Source: Ruditapes philippinarum (Eukaryota). Taken from it: a DNA stretch of 64,000 bases. The notes under the pieces are model-generated. The model saw nothing but the letters and a program-made list of their open reading frames with translations. It made no database searches and was not told the origin of the DNA. Below, one piece after another: positions 59,615-64,000 of the stretch. A program made the translations under genes and the position numbers. The stretch covers positions 62,001-126,000 of the forward strand of contig NW_026865611.1 in the NCBI RefSeq assembly GCF_026571515.1. The letters are read 5' to 3'. Positions within the stretch are counted from its first letter, which is position 1. Each line of letters starts with the position of its first letter.

Positions 59615-61385
59615 CGAAAATTGCAGGCTCAGTTTGATTGAGTCAATGAAAAAGTTAAACATGACTCACGCCTCCTATTAGCGGCTTAAGCGGTACTCAA
59701 TTTGCATCACTTAAAAGCACTGGGTTCAATAATCCCAAGGGGCCAAAATATAATAACACTTAAGTGAAGCGGTGACTTACATTAGAAAATCAATCAGCTA
59801 AGTTTAGAACCTTACTCTAAACGTGATAACAAAATTGGAATTTAAGAAACATAAAAATATGTCAAACTTCAATAGATTTTGTGTGCGTTTAACACTGTTA
59901 TTAAGCACTTAATATATAAACCGTATGCACACTAGTTTTATTTCAACATAAATACGGCTATTGATGACACAAGTATTATAGAATAAAATGTTCGATCAAA
60001 GTCTGCCATAAATAAATTAACTCAATTCTCTTTAAAATCAAGAAGTATGATTTTGGAATTGATAAACAGAAATTTTGGCATAATTTAAATACACTTGGAC
60101 ATAAATATAATCTATATCTATCTTAACACATTATGCATGACATTTTGAGTCTGAAGTCAGTTTGAAAATGTATTGCGAATGACATCAGCAATAACAAACG
60201 CTTGGTCTAACTAATTTTTTCTTTGTAGACAAGCGTTCCATGAGTCATGTTTCATTTGTTAATAGTTTAACATAAACAAACGTCACCTGAAATAATTCAT
60301 ATAATATTTCATTCTATATTGAAATCGGATGAATTGATAAATGAGCAATGCACATATTTTACTTTTTGTTTCAATGGATACTAAATGCAACTATTGTAGA
60401 AATACTCGGTTCTTGTCATTTATTTATAAGTTCAACTCAAATTACACAAAACAGATTGCAGAATCGCAGAATTAAGTTATAACATCTTTGTACGAAACTT
60501 TGTACAAGAAATTTAAACCTTAATGAGCACAGTTAATCACCTAAATAAATATTAAAGATTTTGTCGCATATTCCATCAAGTTTCATTTGAATAATAAAAA
60601 AAATATTGAGGAATGCTGCTCTAAAAGATATTTTTCACGAACAATTGAAAAGACTAATGATTTGATAAATGTTACAAAATTAATACTAATTAAATTGACA
60701 TTTAGTTTGAAGGAGATCTCAAAAAAGCACTAGGTTTGATTTAATACTGAGTGTTTACTTTTAATATGCACCAAGTATTTCAGTTTGTCCGCTTAATAGT
60801 TATTTGTGACCGTTTTGAAATGTAGCACTATTTGAGGGACATATTTCATTCTCATAATAAAAAATATATGAAGAAAAACCTACATTTTAAGATGCGCTCA
60901 TAAAAGTCAACCCAAGTGCTCAAATCATGTTTAAAGTATCAATTTGATTTTTTTCTTTGTAACTCGGTGCTTGAGGCGTGAGGGATGTTGCATGTATTCA
61001 TTATTCCTCATGCACAGACTCTATCAAACCGAGTCTGCAATTATCTTGTAATTTTGTTGTGATTAATGCTTCCGAGGGATCACTTTGTTTCCAGATTTTA
61101 TATTTCACAACATCAGGTGTCAAGTACTGTGTGGCAGCTGTAAAAAGTTGCCCCGTACTTCACTTCAGTGTTGTTATATGTTTCTGGTCGTTCGGGATCA
61201 TTGATGCCAGCACTATTAAGTGTTGAGAATTGAGTACCGCTTAAGCCGGTGCTAGGGGACGTGAGGATGTTGCACGTATTCATTTATCACTCATGTACAG
61301 ACTCAACCAAACCGAGTCTGCAATTCTCTTATTTTTTGTTGTGATAATGCTTTCCAGGGATAATATTGTTTCCAGATTTTTGACC
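59615..61385. repeat. Further R1 fragments: 59615-59705 (+), 60960-61100 and 61228-61380 (-, tandem)
   Basis: TTGCAGGCTCAGTTTGATTGAG and CGGCTTAAGCGGTACTCAATT on + strand versus AATTGAGTACCGCTTAAGCCG and CAAACCGAGTCTGCAA. Confidence 0.6.
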
Positions 61386-62569
61386 TGATTAAACGATGTT
61401 CTTAATAGTAAGGTTAATATTAATCTCATGGAGTTTACTAGAATACTCCTTGATCATATTTAAATCTTCAAATGTCAGCAGTTTGTTTAGGTCCGATTTA
61501 TGACTTTTAACTGTTTAAAGGATATGAATGATTCATAATTTGTGTTATGACTACAAGAAGAACACATATTGCACGCATTAGAATTATGGTTTAATTATAT
61601 CAGTTAATCCAGGAACGACATGTCCATTCTAGATCATATATACCTGAATTTATATGATTTATCGGTTTTTAGTGACGTATATTATATATATATATATAGG
61701 TCCAAAGGATCGGATGCTTTCAATACATCAAAAATATTGTATATTTGTAACATATAGAATATGTTAACTATAATGAAAATATTTATTTACTTACTTATAT
61801 TGTGTATATTCTATATCCTTTATCTCTAAAAATCGTTTAGATTATCTATTATGTTTTGGTCGAATGTTAATAATAAGGAGACAACGGAAATACATGTGTT
61901 GTGTGAAATATTGATTTTGTACCAATTTTAGAAAATACTTCATTCAAACACATTGTGTAAGATATTATTTATAAATTACATTTTTGTCATAAGAATGTTA
62001 TAATATTATATAACTAAAAAACTAATGTTCAATATTGATAAAGCATGGTTGGTAAAATAAAAACTTTGCCGATTTATTCTTTTTATATTAAACAGTTCAT
62101 TATTACTGTCAAAGATTGGTTGTTGATATAAAATATTGATTTAGTAGAACAATGTTTATTCAATGCTTTCAGTGAGCATTTTCTTTAACTAAAGTAACAT
62201 TTTGATCATTATTTCTCAATCAATTTGAGCTGAATTAGCGATACATATTTTTGAAAGGTCGACTGTTATAATGGTCATTAATTGAGAATAAAAATGTTAA
62301 CAAAGATACAAACAAAAAACTGCCTTAAGTAACAAAGACTGTCCTATTCTTTTTATCATGTTTATGATACACTCCGGAGGATATTTTTAGAAATTTCCGG
62401 AAGTCCTGTGAAAAATTGACTATTAAAGTAAAGAAGAATATGAACTTGAAAACAATTATAGCGAAATGAAAAAAAAATGTTTACTTTACTGATCACCATT
62501 TTCACTTGAATGGTTTAAATTTCGCTTTCATAGAATATAAGAAAATACCTTCTAGAATTTTTGTGCAAA

Positions 62570-63095
62570 AAAAGTGTAACCTTTTCATTGTGATATTTTT
62601 TATGGCAGAAAGTTAACACTTAATCTTCTATTGTTTCCCAGATTAAGATCAATGCGGACAAAAAATATTGCAATACCCTTAAAGATGTATAGAACATCAG
62701 TTATCAAAATGAACATCAGTTATCAAAATGAATGTTTTATTATCATTAATTGCATTGTTAGAAACATAACATTTTCCTGTTGATCTTTACTTTCATAGGT
62801 TAATATTTATATTGTTCTTTTTTACAGCTTCTACCATTTCGAGATGTTATCAGTCGTATGGGATCACAGAATCCCCCAGATTTCACAAGCAGCATTAGCA
62901 AAAGAAGTTCTAGCCGAGATTCCTGACCAGATAGTGTCTTTTATGAAGATAAATTGAATCAAGTCTAAACGACAAGACCTGCTACTGCTACACCTCCATA
63001 CCCTTTATTAAAACACAATTAAACAATGTAGTTGTCAACTTAAACGTGTAATACATAAAAAACAGTGTACAAAGTATTGCGCCTATTTTATACAA
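62570..63095 (+). pseudogene. Decayed duplicate of copine exon 20b with flanking intron and 3' UTR (pseudo-exon 62828-~63007)
   Basis: Collinear with ~45680-46112. Acceptor tttttttacag| is intact; +1 C frameshift in AATCCCCCAG; GGA>TGA in the ancestral frame; PPPY altered to TPPY. Confidence 0.88.
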
Positions 63096-63174
63096 ACCCA
63101 GCAAACACCTGACGTTGTTTCAACGTTGGATCTAAGTTGGATTTATGTCACGACGTCAAAATCCTAAATACAAA

Positions 63175-64000
63175 ATATGAAAAACAAGATCAACAAGGAA
63201 AGGTGGCGTTCAATGAACGCAACCCCCATATGACCCAGCAACAATAACCAATGGCAAGGAGCCCAGGCGGACCCCAAACATAAAAAGGACAGGGCAACGA
63301 CACGTTAATCATTAAATGATAAATAATTTGTAACCGATTAGGAATTCAAAGAAAATAATAATAGGCCCACAAAGGGAAGGGGACAGAAGACCGGGGAAGG
63401 GGGAGGGGGGTTAATCAAAGAAATAAAAACTAGAGGCAATGGGGAAGATACTTACCGTAGACGAGAAAACAACAAGGGACACAAGCAAAAGTGTCACCAA
63501 AACAGTATGAAACAACATAGACATACATCTGAGGAACACAGTGGGGCGCCGCCTTGGAACGGTCAGCAGCATAATAATGACTGCTGGGGAGTTTAAACCG
63601 CGTTAATGGTGCACCAAACCTCGCTCTTAGCCCCACCATGTTCCTATAAACGAGACAGTGTAAATAAAATGAATCCCCGCCAAGTGAAATTCTAACAGTT
63701 GTCATGGTTACAAAAGGTTAAATAAGTAAAACACTAAAATGATCATGTAGAAACATATAAAAGTAAACCCAATGACCATAACAAAAGTACTCAATGTCCT
63801 AAAGGAAGACAGAGCAACAAGAAAATCACCTACAAGGGCCCGACGAAGCAAGGCAGAAGACGAACATTAAGACAATTCAGTCCCAAAGGGCTTTACGAAC
63901 TATCCATCATAGAGTCTCCTACTTGGTTCGTCAGATGCAATCAAAAGAGGAAAGCGTAGTGTCCAACTGTAAAAGGGTTGAACACTAAACATGCAGTATG
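63175..64000 (-). mobile_element. 3' end of a Penelope-like retroelement, probably Naiad clade (ORF C-terminus, SECIS-like hairpin, 3' region); runs off the window
   Basis: 64000-63893 reads HTACLVFNPFTVGHYAFLF*LHLTNQVGDSMMDSS*, like the xTACLVVNPITV...DSM terminus I recall for these elements; downstream block CTGACCGTTCCAAGGCGG. Confidence 0.65.
63855..63920 (-). promoter_or_regulatory. SECIS-like (type II) hairpin with one mutated core base
   Basis: Helix I AGGAGAC/GTCTTCT; core ATGAT; helix II GGATAGTTCG/TGAATTGTCT; unpaired TAAA; apical CCC/GGG mini-stem; the 3' core reads TAAT instead of TGAT. Confidence 0.6.

Noticed and set aside
63430-63705. 91-aa minus-strand ORF
   Set aside because: Falls in the non-coding 3' region of the Penelope-like element and has no domain features.
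63941-63943. In-frame TGA as a selenocysteine codon
   Set aside because: Too close to the SECIS-like hairpin, and it aligns one residue before the Cys expected from recalled relatives; compensating indels explain it better.

Overview
AT-rich animal genomic DNA with spliceosomal introns. The repeat families and the RING-less B-box/NHL gene point to a bivalve mollusc (inference). There is one 159-nt assembly gap (22249-22407). Genes reconstructed by hand from splice sites: (1) a 3-exon, 141-aa two-transmembrane protein on the minus strand (7574->1499) that the ORF track shows only as fragments; (2) a divergently oriented 2-coding-exon, 1221-aa MYORG-like GH31 membrane protein with a ~560-aa disordered N-terminus and apparent loss of both catalytic aspartates; (3) a 20-exon, 554-aa copine (C2A-C2B-vWA) with two duplicated alternative terminal exons that both end in PPPY, a third decayed copy of that exon 17 kb downstream, and a triplicated splice acceptor; (4) a minus-strand B-box/coiled-coil/NHL TRIM-like gene whose 5' part is disrupted. 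Repeats include a truncated LINE, several tRNA-derived SINE families, palindromic MITEs, hAT-, Kolobok- and pogo-like non-autonomous DNA elements, six Helentron-associated (HINE-like) elements with 143-170 bp core arrays, a foldback-like element, a miniature LTR element with tRNA-like LTRs, minisatellites, and the 3' end of a Naiad-type Penelope-like retroelement carrying a SECIS-shaped hairpin. No CRISPR array, rRNA gene or convincing functional tRNA gene was found. Family assignments rest on remembered motifs, not on database searches.
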